A DNA stretch of 64,000 nucleotides from Rhodothermales bacterium (GTDB lineage Bacteria; Bacteroidota; Rhodothermia; Rhodothermales; JBHHWM01): contig JBHHWM010000002.1 in the NCBI GenBank assembly GCA_046756545.1, positions 5,776 through 69,775 of the forward strand, written 5' to 3'. Below the pieces are notes generated by a model. It saw only the letters and a list, made by a program, of their open reading frames with translations. It made no database searches and was not told the DNA's origin. The translations under genes and the position numbers were made by a program. The first letter of the stretch is position 1, and each line of letters opens with the position of its first letter. Positions 10,030 to 19,388 of this stretch are shown here, piece by piece.

Positions 10030-10402
10030 GCAAAAAAGGGGAACGGCTTGCCTTTGGGGCGCAAAACACCTATCATTAACGCTTCTTGAATTCAGGGACA
10101 CCGCCTCTCTTTTATGACGGGATCCGATGAAAAGCATGCTCATCTTTATGCCTGCTACGTCTGACTGCTAGCCACCGGTCACTCGTAAGAGGGGGCCTGC
10201 CGGGTTTCGGCACGTCCTCTGACGCAATGATGTCAACCGGTTGGTGTAATCTCTGCGCGTAGCCGACGGCTATTATCTGCCGCATCCCGTACGTCTCCCT
10301 GTTTCAAACGCGCGGTCTGGTACCTTTCCCACGTTTCCTGTAGGAATCCTTTCTGTTTCGGGGGGCCTTGTCTCCAGCCGCTGCGACAGCCTCAAACCAC
10401 CC

Positions 10403-11827
10403 ATGTCTCCATCTACTCAACAAGCTCCGTTTCTATCTAGACGACGTCGTTTCTGGGCGGATCTGCGCGCGACCTTCAAAGGGTCGCATCAAGACTATAC
10501 CTCGGGCAGTATCGGGCGAGCGATCACGTTGCTGGCCATTCCGATGGTGCTGGAGATGCTGATGCAGTCGGTCTTCGGTGTCGTAGACGTCTTTTTCGTC
10601 GGCAAGCTGGGAGCCGATGCCGTGGCCGTCGTCGGCCTGACCGAGACGATGCTGGTGTTGGTGCTGGCCGTGGGGCTGGGGTTAAGTATCGCCACGACCG
10701 CCATGGTCGCGCGGCGCATCGGTGAGAAAGATACAGAGGGTGCCGGAGTAGCGGCCATCCAGGCCCTCGTGGCCGGGGGGGCCATCTCGATCCCGATCAG
10801 CGTGCTCGGCATTGTCTTCGCCCCGAGCATGCTGGGCTTGATGGGTGCCTCCGATAGCGTCATCGAGACCGGGTGGGGCTATTGCGCCATTATGTTCGGC
10901 ACAAATGCGACCATCCTTTTTCTCTTCCTCATCAATGCCATCTTTCGGGGTGCGGGCGATGCCGTGCTGGCCATGCGGGCGTTGTGGCTGGCTAATATCC
11001 TCAACATGGTGCTCGACCCGTTCTTGATTTTCGGATGGGGGCCGTTTCCGGAGATGGGCGTGGCGGGAGCCGCCGTGGCTACCTCCATCGGGCGCGGCCT
11101 GGGTGTGGTCTATCAGCTCTACGTGCTGCTTCGCGGGAGCAGCCGCATCCACCTCTTCCTGGAGCAGGTGCGTGTCGATCTTGCCGTGATGAGACGTCTG
11201 ATCAGGGTGTCGTTGCCGGGGATGTTCCAGTATCTGGTGGCGACGCTAAGCTGGATGTTTCTCTTTCGCATCATGGCGGATTTCGGGAGCGATGCGCTGG
11301 CCGGGTACACCATCGCCATCCGTATCCTGGTGTTCGCGTTGTTGCCGTCGTGGGGCATGGGCAATGCCGCCGCCACGCTCGTCGGGCAAAACCTGGGGGC
11401 CGGGAAGCCGGATCGCGCCGAGCGCAGCGTCTGGATCACCAGTTTCGGCAACATGGTTTTTCTGGCCGTGGTGGCGTTGATGATGTTGCTCTTTGCCGAG
11501 CCGCTGATGCGTCTCTTCACCGAAGAAGCCGCCGTGATTGCTGTCGGGGAGGATTGCTTGCGCATCATCAGTTACACCTACGTGCTGTTTGCCTTCGGCC
11601 TGGTCACGGTGCAGGCGTTCAACGGAGCCGGCGACACCACCACGCCGACCCTGATCAACCTCGTCTGCTACTGGTTTCTCCAGATTCCGCTGGCGTATCT
11701 GCTGGCGCATCCCGTGGGTATGGGGACGTCCGGTGTGTTTGCTTCCGTGGCCATCTCGCAGGCGGTGCTGGCCGTCATCGGCATCGTTGTTTTTCGCCTC
11801 GGATACTGGAAGAAGAAGGCCATTTGA
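10403..11827 (+). CDS. MATE family efflux transporter
   Basis: It is 474 aa with about 12 TM helices. The N-terminus, ITLLAIPMVLEMLMQSVFGVVDVFFVGKLG, and the internal duplication (RLIRVSLPGMFQYLV) are typical of NorM/DinF-type MATE proteins. Confidence 0.88.
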   Translation: MSPSTQQAPFLSRRRRFWADLRATFKGSHQDYTSGSIGRAITLLAIPMVLEMLMQSVFGVVDVFFVGKLGADAVAVVGLTETMLVLVLAVGLGLSIATTAMVARRIGEKDTEGAGVAAIQALVAGGAISIPISVLGIVFAPSMLGLMGASDSVIETGWGYCAIMFGTNATILFLFLINAIFRGAGDAVLAMRALWLANILNMVLDPFLIFGWGPFPEMGVAGAAVATSIGRGLGVVYQLYVLLRGSSRIHLFLEQVRVDLAVMRRLIRVSLPGMFQYLVATLSWMFLFRIMADFGSDALAGYTIAIRILVFALLPSWGMGNAAATLVGQNLGAGKPDRAERSVWITSFGNMVFLAVVALMMLLFAEPLMRLFTEEAAVIAVGEDCLRIISYTYVLFAFGLVTVQAFNGAGDTTTPTLINLVCYWFLQIPLAYLLAHPVGMGTSGVFASVAISQAVLAVIGIVVFRLGYWKKKAI

Positions 11828-11914
11828 GCCGGGCTTTGGGGTACGACGGGTTTGCCGAACGGAACGGCAAATCCGTCGTATCAGCCCAGCAAAAAGACAA
11901 CGCGCAGGGTGTGT

Positions 11915-12730
11915 ATGGAACCGTATCGTTTTTTCCCGGGCGAACGCGCCGTTCTCGTCAGTATGCCGCATGTCGGGCTGGAGGTGCCGGAGGAGATCCG
12001 AAGCCGCTTTACGGAGGAGGCACACCTCCTCCCGGATACCGACTGGCACCTCGACCGCCTCTACGATTGGGCACACGATCTGGGCATCGGCGTACTGGCG
12101 GCGACCCACTCGCGCTACGTCATCGACCTGAATCGCCCTCCGACCGACACCCCGCTCTACGCCGGGCCGACCACCGGGCTATGCCCCACCATGTGTTTCG
12201 ACGGAACGCCCCTTTACCACCCCGGACAAGAGCCGGACGAGGACGAACGTCGCCGACGCCTGGAACGGTATTGGACGCCGTATCATGAGCGGCTGTCGCA
12301 CGAACTTCGAGCACTCAAACAACAGCACGGGCACGTCGTCTTGTTCGACGCCCACTCGATCCGTTCGCGGGTGCCACGGCTGTTCTCGGGCCTGCTTCCC
12401 GATTTTAACATAGGGACCAACGACGGCGCGAGTAGTACGCCGGAACTGACCAGCCGGGTTGCAGCGGTGTGTGAGGCGGCTCCGTCGTTCACAACCGTGG
12501 TCAACGGTCGCTTCAAAGGGGGATATATCACCCGGCACTATGGACGCCCCGAGGCCGACGTCCACGCGATTCAGTTAGAACTATCCCAGCGAACCTACCT
12601 GGACGAAGCGCCCCCGTTTGCGTATCGAGACGACCGGGCACGCCGTGTTCGCCCGGTGCTCCGGCAGGTGTTGGAAGCCCTCCTGGAATGGAGCGTCGAA
12701 GAATCCGGCGGCAGCACGTCGGCGGTGTAA
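11915..12730 (+). CDS. hutG: N-formylglutamate deformylase (FGase family)
   Basis: It has the motifs VSMPHVGLEVP, THSRYVIDLNR, VVLFDAHS and GRFKGGYITRHYG...VHAIQLELSQ. I trimmed the start to MEPYRFF at 11915. Confidence 0.8.
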   Translation: MEPYRFFPGERAVLVSMPHVGLEVPEEIRSRFTEEAHLLPDTDWHLDRLYDWAHDLGIGVLAATHSRYVIDLNRPPTDTPLYAGPTTGLCPTMCFDGTPLYHPGQEPDEDERRRRLERYWTPYHERLSHELRALKQQHGHVVLFDAHSIRSRVPRLFSGLLPDFNIGTNDGASSTPELTSRVAAVCEAAPSFTTVVNGRFKGGYITRHYGRPEADVHAIQLELSQRTYLDEAPPFAYRDDRARRVRPVLRQVLEALLEWSVEESGGSTSAV

Positions 12731-12742
12731 CGGGCAGGCCCC

Positions 12743-14119
12743 TCAGGCCAGAGATGCTACCGCCGCTCGATAGCGTGCCGCAATGGCTTCTTCGGAAGGA
12801 TGACGGCCTTCCTGGATGACGTGGTTGCCGCCCACAATAACGTCTCGCACCAGTTCGCCTCCCCCGGCGAAGACGTATGTATCGACGACCCGGTCGTCCG
12901 TTTTGCCGTAGAGCAGGGGCTGGTCGGCGTCGAGCACCACCAGGTCGGCACGGTAGCCGGGTGCGAGGCGACCCACGGCGCGTCCCACGGCGCGCGCGCC
13001 TCCTTCCAGGGCGGCGGCGTAGAGGCCCATGCCGACGGAAGGCGAATCGCCGGTGTGGAGGACGTTGCGCTGGTGCCGGGTCAGCCGTTGTTCGTATTCC
13101 AGCAGGCGCAATTCTTCGGAGGGAGACACCGAGATGTGGCTGTCCGAGCCCAGCCCGAACCGTCCGCCCGCTTTCAGGAAGGCCGCCGTGGGAAACAGGC
13201 CGTCACCCAGGTTGGCTTCCGTGGTGGGGCAGAGGCCCGCCACCACGCCCGTCTCGGCAAGGGCCGTGGTTTCGTCCGGCGTCATGTGGGTGGCATGGAC
13301 CAGGCACCAGCGTTCGGAAACGGCGGCATGATCGAGCAACCATTCTACGGGACGCCGGCCGCACCACGCGACACAATCGGCTACTTCTTTCTCCTGCTCG
13401 GCGATGTGGATGTGGATGGGGGCCGTCGCGTCCAGGTCGTCCAGCAGGGCCAGGACGTCACGCAGCAATTCCGGGGATACGGCGCGTAGCGAATGCGGGG
13501 CGATGCCGATCCGCACCTGTTGGTGGTGGCGGTAGGCGTCCGTCAGGTCTTCAAGAATTTCGGCAAACCCCTTCAGGTCGTTGACGAACCGGCGTTGTCC
13601 GTGGGTGGGTGGCGTCGCGCCGAAAGTGCTGTGGGCATACAGGACGGGCAAGTGGGTGATGCCGATACCGACCTGGCGGGCCGCCGAAATGACACGATGC
13701 GACAGCAGGGCCCGTTGTGCGTAGGGGTGCCCGTCGTTTGCATGATGCAGGTAGTGGAACTCTCCGACGGCCGTGTAGCCGTTTTTCAGCATGTCCACAT
13801 ACAGTTGGGCAGCGGTGGCCTCGACGGTTTCCAGGGTCATTCGGTCGGCCACCTCGTACATGACTTTCCGCCAGGTCCAAAAAGTGTCTCCGGAGGGGCC
13901 TACCCGTTCGGTCAGCCCGGCCATGGCACGCTGAAACGCATGGGAGTGCAGGTTCGGCATGCCGGGCAGGACGGGACCGGCAGCCGGCGGCAGCGCCCCG
14001 CGTTCGGCGTTGGGCCTGATGGTGGCAATGGTGCCGGTTTCGTCAAACTCGATGCGGACGTTCTCAGCCCATCCCGTGGGTAACAGGGCCGAAGGACAGT
14101 AGATTCCTCGCAAACGCAT
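12743..14119 (-). CDS. hutF: Formimidoylglutamate deiminase
   Basis: It is 458 aa of the amidohydrolase superfamily. It carries the motif PGMPNLHSHAFQRAMAGLTE and later HIHIAEQ and GSDS, which is the HutF pattern. Confidence 0.85.
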   Translation of the reverse strand: MRLRGIYCPSALLPTGWAENVRIEFDETGTIATIRPNAERGALPPAAGPVLPGMPNLHSHAFQRAMAGLTERVGPSGDTFWTWRKVMYEVADRMTLETVEATAAQLYVDMLKNGYTAVGEFHYLHHANDGHPYAQRALLSHRVISAARQVGIGITHLPVLYAHSTFGATPPTHGQRRFVNDLKGFAEILEDLTDAYRHHQQVRIGIAPHSLRAVSPELLRDVLALLDDLDATAPIHIHIAEQEKEVADCVAWCGRRPVEWLLDHAAVSERWCLVHATHMTPDETTALAETGVVAGLCPTTEANLGDGLFPTAAFLKAGGRFGLGSDSHISVSPSEELRLLEYEQRLTRHQRNVLHTGDSPSVGMGLYAAALEGGARAVGRAVGRLAPGYRADLVVLDADQPLLYGKTDDRVVDTYVFAGGGELVRDVIVGGNHVIQEGRHPSEEAIAARYRAAVASLA

Positions 14120-14219
14120 AATCCATGTATTCGTTATCTTTCGCCATCCTGGCTTGCTGTTGCATGTCGGTCAGCCGCAAAATATCAAAAACGCTTACGC
14201 TTTGTCGGAAGAACCTGCG

Positions 14220-14705
14220 ATGACGACGCTGGATCGCATCACGCAGTGGCTGGCCGCACACGAGACGGCCTTCAAGACGCTGCATCACCGGGCGACGCGC
14301 ACGTCGGAGGAGTCGGCGGCGGTGCGGGGTGAGTCGCTGGCGGTAGGGGCCAAAGCCATCGTGTTGAAGATCGGTGACCGGTTTGCGCTGTTTGTCATCA
14401 GCGCCGCACGCCGCCTCGATGCGCGTAAGATCCGGGCTTTTCTGGGGGTGAAGAAAGTACGCTTTGCCACGCCGGACGAGTTGATGGCCTTGACCGGCCT
14501 GGTGCCGGGATCCGTGCCGCCCTTCGGTCGTCCGATTCTCGACCTGGATCTGTTCGTCGATACCTCGGTTCAGGAAAATGACCGCGTCGCTTTCAACGCC
14601 GGGTCGCTGACGGATTCGATCATGATGGCGTCTGAGGATTATGTGTGCCTCATCGATGCCACCTTCTTCGACTTCGCTCGTGATGCCCCCCGTGTATCTC
14701 TGTGA
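14220..14705 (+). CDS. YbaK/ProX-type aminoacyl-tRNA deacylase domain protein
   Basis: It has AKAIVLKIGDRFALFVISAARRLDARKIRAFLG and LTGLVPGSVPPFG, typical of YbaK/EbsC trans-editing domains. I trimmed the start to MTTLDRI. Confidence 0.7.
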   Translation: MTTLDRITQWLAAHETAFKTLHHRATRTSEESAAVRGESLAVGAKAIVLKIGDRFALFVISAARRLDARKIRAFLGVKKVRFATPDELMALTGLVPGSVPPFGRPILDLDLFVDTSVQENDRVAFNAGSLTDSIMMASEDYVCLIDATFFDFARDAPRVSL

Positions 14706-14727
14706 TGGGAGCAGAGGAGGCTCGATC

Positions 14728-15477
14728 ATGCATGCTTTTCGCCTGTTCGTCGTGCTTATGTTCCTGGGATGGCTGGGGGCCTGCACCGGCGAATCGCCGC
14801 TCCAACCGGACTGGATCTCGGACCAAGCCGGTGTGTTGACGCAGAACCAGACGTTCACGCTGAGCAATCTTGTGCTCGAACATTGGGAGAACACGACGGC
14901 CCAGATCGTGGGGGTGACGGTGGACGACCTGGAGGGACGCACTATCGAGGAATACACACGTCAACTGGCGAATGAGTGGGGCGTCGGGGAAGCGGGCGTC
15001 AACAATGGCGCGATGATTCTGGTGTCGATAAACGACCGGCAAGTTCACCTCGACGTGGGATACGGCATGGAGTGGCAGGTCACCGATTCGCTGTCTGCAC
15101 GCATCGTGGAAGAGATGGTGCCTTTTTTCAAAGAGGACGATTTTTATACCGGTTTGCGTACGGGTTTCGAGCGGTTGATCGCGGCGAACGAGGGGGGTAC
15201 CTGGAAGGTGGCCTACGGTTCGATGGACGACGCCCTCCAGGCAGGAGAAGAGGCGGCAGGGCAGATCGTCGTCTTCGAAGTTACGGTGACGCAGATTGGG
15301 GAGGACGCGCTAGAGGTCACAACGCCGGGGGATGAACGGGTGAAGATGCTCTTGACGCCCCATACGGATCCTGCCCTGTTCGAATGGGAGCGCCCGTATC
15401 TTTTCCACGCGCGCGTGCAGACAGTAGACCCGCCGGTTGTGAGTATGCTCGGGTTTGAGGAGATGGAGGCATTGTAA
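14728..15477 (+). CDS. TPM-domain (YgcG/TLP18.3-like) lipoprotein
   Basis: It has the lipobox-like WLGAC. The TPM pattern is ISDQAGVLT...TAQIVGVTVDDLEGRTIEEYTRQLANEWGVGEAGVNNGAMILVSINDRQVHLDVGYGME. A C-terminal extension of about 110 aa is of unknown function. Confidence 0.7.
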   Translation: MHAFRLFVVLMFLGWLGACTGESPLQPDWISDQAGVLTQNQTFTLSNLVLEHWENTTAQIVGVTVDDLEGRTIEEYTRQLANEWGVGEAGVNNGAMILVSINDRQVHLDVGYGMEWQVTDSLSARIVEEMVPFFKEDDFYTGLRTGFERLIAANEGGTWKVAYGSMDDALQAGEEAAGQIVVFEVTVTQIGEDALEVTTPGDERVKMLLTPHTDPALFEWERPYLFHARVQTVDPPVVSMLGFEEMEAL

Positions 15478-15491
15478 AACCGGTACGAGAG

Positions 15492-15518
15492 AGGGGGCTG
15501 GAATCCCCTGGTATTTTT
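15492..15518 (+). terminator. Possible intrinsic terminator after the TPM gene
   Basis: A 5-bp stem AGGGG/CCCCT (15492-15496 and 15505-15509) encloses an 8-nt loop and is followed by GGTATTTTT. The stem is short. Confidence 0.35.
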
Positions 15519-15628
15519 GGTTGAAAGGAACCATCCTTGCCGGAGACTACACGGCGTTGATGGCCGTGTTTTTGGCCCTAATGGTTCGATAAATCCACCG
15601 AGACGCGCAAACCAATACGTTCGGAGGT

Positions 15629-17512
15629 TTGGTTGTGCCTGGGAACGTTGGCGGCTCTCGCTTTTTTGCCTGCTTGCTCATTGGCTGCTGCTGGCTATGC
15701 GGGGCAGTCGGTGGGAAGGTGCACGGATACGGGCAGCAGGGAGAGCGAGTCGATAAAGATGATCGAGTGGAAGTATACCTGTCGCTGCTGGGGAAGGCGG
15801 GGGCTGTGTTGCCGGAGGAGGAACGCCAGGCCGCGCGCCGACAGGTCGCTCAGATGATTCTGTTGCTACCGGAGTCCGTGTTGAAGAAGGTCGTCCGTGG
15901 GAACGTGCGCACGTTGGAGGGACGGCTGCGTGAGGATTGGCGGATACTGCCGGGGGCCGGAGCCGTTCTTCTGGCATGGTGGCGCGCGCAAGATCCGCTC
16001 CCGAGCACGCCGCGCAACGAGCGGCTGGAGGAGCATTTGCGCCGGGTTGCCTATGCAGACCGGCACTATGCGGCCCCCGAGACGCTGACGGGGTGGGACG
16101 ACCGGGGCGTGATCTATGTGCGCCTCGACGCACCGGCTACAAAGAAGACGGTGCAATTCACGAATCCTCGACTCGTACGCATCCTGGAGAAGACAACCAC
16201 GCCGATCCGCCTCCAGGATTTTCCGGATAACGAGGTATGGGTCTACGATGAGATCGAGGAGTCGATCTATTACCTCTTCGTCGAGCAGGATGGCCGCTAT
16301 GTGTTGGCTTCCTCGGAGGATCTGATCCCACGCTCGCTACGCCTGGCGTCCGGCAGACGGACAACGCTCCTGCTGACCGATGTGCCGCCCGGAAAGACGG
16401 AGGTTTTGATGGAGGCGATGCGGGCCATCTACCAGGAACTGGCCCCCTACCACCCGGACTTTGGCGAGGCGTACGTCGAACTCGCCGTGTATCTCGATTC
16501 GGAATCGGATCAAGATGGGGTCCCTGCGCAGCGGGCGGAAAGCGAACGTAAATTCCCGGTACACCTGTATGCCCAAAATAGACTCATCGACATGCAGGTC
16601 AAGGAAGACCTCGCCCTGTTGACACGCGAGGAAACCGTCCCTCGCCAACGGTCGAAGGTCCTCGAAGAGGTACGGCCCTTTCCGGCGGTGGCTCGCGTGG
16701 CGCGTTTTCTGGATCCGGATGGGACTACGCGTACCGAGGTGTACTGGAGCGTTCCTGCCGCGACGGGCGTGAACTACCGCCTCTACGAACGCTTCTTGCT
16801 GACGGTATCGACCTCTCAGCGCCTGGCCGATTACACGACGCGCGTTGCACAGCGCAAACAGCAGACCGTGAGGACCGTGCTGAATGCGGGAGCGGAGTCC
16901 GTTCTGCCGGTTCAGACGCTCGTTATGCGCGGCGATACGGCGCGATATCATGTGGCGGTGCAATGGGATCAGTATCCGCTGATCGGAGAAGGGGACGCCA
17001 CGAGGAAAGCCTCCGACGAACCTGTCCGGCGCGGCGTCTTTCGGGCCGACAGTTTGCAGGCGCTCCAGAGCCGGCCGGACGTGCTGGAGATGAGCGATCT
17101 GGTGCCCGTCGTTGCATCGGAGGGGATGGATCTCGATGGGGACGACGGGCGTCCGGCCCTGTCGCCGTATCCCTTTTCTACCTTCTCCAGAGGCGATTCG
17201 CTGGGCCTGTATTTCGAGGTGTATCACCTTGCTTTTGGAGCCGATGACCGGACGCGTTTTTTCGTGGAGTATGAAGTAAGGCGTCGAGAAGCCGGGGGCC
17301 TGTTTCGTCTGTTTCAAGACCGGCAGACGCGTACGTCGGCCCGCACACGATACGCCGGCCGTACCCGCACGGCACGCGAATGGATAGGGCTGGCGTTGGA
17401 AGAGGGAGACAAAGCGGCCGATGTGGAAGTGGTCGTGCGCGTAACGGACGAGACGACGCATCAGGTGACAGAGCGGTCCGTAGTGTTGAGGTTTGTTCCG
17501 CCGGATCGATAA
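15629..17512 (+). CDS. GWxTD domain-containing protein
   Basis: The segment WWRAQDPLPSTPRNERLEEHLRRVAYADRHYAAPETLTGWDDRGVIYVRLDAP matches the GWxTD family pattern (W..DP..T..NE...EH..R..YA....GWxxDRG.iY). The ORF-track start is a TTG, so the true start is uncertain. Confidence 0.6.
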   Translation: MVVPGNVGGSRFFACLLIGCCWLCGAVGGKVHGYGQQGERVDKDDRVEVYLSLLGKAGAVLPEEERQAARRQVAQMILLLPESVLKKVVRGNVRTLEGRLREDWRILPGAGAVLLAWWRAQDPLPSTPRNERLEEHLRRVAYADRHYAAPETLTGWDDRGVIYVRLDAPATKKTVQFTNPRLVRILEKTTTPIRLQDFPDNEVWVYDEIEESIYYLFVEQDGRYVLASSEDLIPRSLRLASGRRTTLLLTDVPPGKTEVLMEAMRAIYQELAPYHPDFGEAYVELAVYLDSESDQDGVPAQRAESERKFPVHLYAQNRLIDMQVKEDLALLTREETVPRQRSKVLEEVRPFPAVARVARFLDPDGTTRTEVYWSVPAATGVNYRLYERFLLTVSTSQRLADYTTRVAQRKQQTVRTVLNAGAESVLPVQTLVMRGDTARYHVAVQWDQYPLIGEGDATRKASDEPVRRGVFRADSLQALQSRPDVLEMSDLVPVVASEGMDLDGDDGRPALSPYPFSTFSRGDSLGLYFEVYHLAFGADDRTRFFVEYEVRRREAGGLFRLFQDRQTRTSARTRYAGRTRTAREWIGLALEEGDKAADVEVVVRVTDETTHQVTERSVVLRFVPPDR

Positions 17513-17519
17513 TCGCGCC

Positions 17520-18875
17520 TCACTCGGGCGCGATCCAGCCGGTGCGGCCCGACGGCGAGGCGACGTAGAGAAACGACTCGAACCGGCCGAGGACCGCTAC
17601 CGGCGTTTCCGCCGCCAGGCTGTCGATCGAAAGAGCCGTCGGTGCGGGGAAACGACGCATGGGCCGGCCGTCGGCCAGGCGCACCTCCTGGACCGGACGT
17701 TGCGCCGGTTCGATCTGGACGGCCGCGACGTAGCCGATGGTGCGGTCCGGGAGGCGCACGCGGTACCAGGTGCCGCTGCCCCCGGCCACGTAGAACGCCG
17801 TATGACGCGGCAAGGTGCGGAGCACCTCGGCTCTGGAACGAGGTGCCGCGCGCAACAAGGCGCGGTTGATTGCCACGCGGGTCCACTGGCCGAAGCGGCT
17901 CGTGTCTACGCGGAGGGTAGCGGGCCGGGCACGGGGTACATGGATGAAGGGAAAGGGGTCCACAGGACCGTTTCGGTAAATGCCGAAATGCAGATGCGGC
18001 GGCGTGGTGCGGGCGTTGCCAGTGTTGCCGACGAGCCCGACCGTGTCGCCCACGGACACGCGCATCCCCTGGCGTACGATCTGGCTGTCGAGGTGGGCGT
18101 AGTAGAGGCTGCGTCCGAAGCTGTCTCGAAGCCATACGACCTTCCCGCCGAGCCCTCCGTTGCGCACGCGTGTCACGGCGGCGTTGGCGGCTGCAATGAC
18201 GGGCGTGCCTCGCGCTGCGAAGATATCGACTCCGTGATGTCGGCGTCGGCCCCCGTCGCGGGGGGCTCCGAAGACGCTGCGGATGGCGTCGCTATTCTTG
18301 CCGGCCACGGGGAAGGCGAGCGAGGCGTCGGTCTGGGCGGTGATGGTGTAGCGTCCTCCTCGCAATAGCTCGGGCTGCACGCGCAGGAGGTAGGTGCGCG
18401 TCCGGCGGATGGTGTAGGCGAGCGTTCGCGTGCTGTCGGCGGCGCTGCGGATGTGCCGGGGGGTACCGGTCGAGTCGCGGGGCGCTTCGAAGAGATCGAC
18501 GAAGACACGGGCCGTATCACCGGGTTGCGTGGTTACGTCGATCAGGAGTTGTTGGCCCCGTTGCAGGTCGAAGCGATACCCCACCGCCGCCGGCTGTGCC
18601 GGGTCGAGGTAGCGGGCTTCGCGAAAAGGAAGCGCGATGGAGGTCGCTTCGTCCAACGCACCGAGGCTTGCATCTAGCCATGTCCGGGCCAGCGCTGTTT
18701 CCATCAGCCCGGCTTCTCCCAACGCTGCGGCATATTGTTCGTGGGGTGTCAGCCGTTCGAAGGATGCGCGAACGGATTCTACCTGTTCGCAACCGGCCAC
18801 TACGAGCGCTCCCATCAGCAAGAGCGTTGCATTCATCAGCCCACAGGTCCATGACGTTGGCAAGCGATACAGCAT
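17520..18875 (-). CDS. M23 family metallopeptidase with C-terminal SH3-like region
   Basis: It has the motifs HHGVDIFAARGTPV and GNTGNARTTPPHLHFGIY (LytM/M23). The start may instead be MNATLLLMGALVVAGC (lipobox) at 18836. Confidence 0.85.
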   Translation of the reverse strand: MLYRLPTSWTCGLMNATLLLMGALVVAGCEQVESVRASFERLTPHEQYAAALGEAGLMETALARTWLDASLGALDEATSIALPFREARYLDPAQPAAVGYRFDLQRGQQLLIDVTTQPGDTARVFVDLFEAPRDSTGTPRHIRSAADSTRTLAYTIRRTRTYLLRVQPELLRGGRYTITAQTDASLAFPVAGKNSDAIRSVFGAPRDGGRRRHHGVDIFAARGTPVIAAANAAVTRVRNGGLGGKVVWLRDSFGRSLYYAHLDSQIVRQGMRVSVGDTVGLVGNTGNARTTPPHLHFGIYRNGPVDPFPFIHVPRARPATLRVDTSRFGQWTRVAINRALLRAAPRSRAEVLRTLPRHTAFYVAGGSGTWYRVRLPDRTIGYVAAVQIEPAQRPVQEVRLADGRPMRRFPAPTALSIDSLAAETPVAVLGRFESFLYVASPSGRTGWIAPE

Positions 18876-19091
18876 GAGTGACGTGTTTGGTGAGTAGAAA
18901 CAGGGTTGTTTCCCGAGACAACATTCGAAGGTACGCCAAAATAGTTTCGAACGAAGCGCGCAAGTACGCGGGTCCGCCGCCGGAGGCCCGTCGGTCTTGT
19001 TTCTGACACATCGTGTGCTGTTTCGTTGCTCCGGCTGCGCAAGCTATGGTGTCGCGGGTAGGGCACAAATGCGTCCCTATGTCATCGCTGC

Positions 19092-19120
19092 TGTAAACGA
19101 TCCTCGATGCCCGGGTGTCT
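19092..19120 (+). promoter_or_regulatory. Candidate ECF-type promoter TGTAAAC-N17-TGTCT upstream of the DUF5916 gene
   Basis: I read TGTAAAC at 19092-19098, a 17-nt spacer, then TGTCTCAA from 19116. The same -35-like and -10-like words occur at identical spacing at 22457-22485. Confidence 0.35.
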
Positions 19121-19388
19121 CAATAGGTAGCCTGGAGGGGGTGCAGCACCGTTCTGAAGACGAGGCTCAGGCAAAGGGGGCCGGGCAGTCGAGTGGGCCA
19201 CCGAGGTGATCTCCAAAAAAAAACAACTTTTTTGAGGTCGCGTGCATCCCTGCTAAAAAATTACCGTAGGGGAAATGCTAGAATACTAGCGTCTTTGCGT
19301 TGTGCTCTCTTTTAACCTGGGAAAAGCGTGCACGAGCGCTGATTTCTGCCTCGAAACGCCATCCTCTGGATCAAGCCAAGGACCCACC

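Noticed and set aside
9112-10143. 343-aa minus-strand ORF overlapping the lipoprotein gene 9136-10029
   Set aside because: It has the shadow-ORF composition and no motifs. The plus-strand ORF has a lipobox and normal composition.
11035-12288. 417-aa plus-strand ORF spanning the MATE 3' half and the hutG 5' half (plus many other out-of-frame ORFs such as 16337-17461, 41703-42632, 43237-44592 and 47103-47915)
   Set aside because: They are out of frame with, or antisense to, genes that have strong family motifs. They are Arg/Pro/Gly-rich products typical of alternative frames in GC-rich DNA.
18876-19388. A small RNA gene (SRP, 6S, RNase P or tmRNA) in the 510-bp intergenic region
   Set aside because: I looked for the conserved cores I know (the SRP GGAAG...AGCA helix-8 motif, RNase P GAGGAAAGUCC and the tmRNA 5' end) and found none here or elsewhere in the window.
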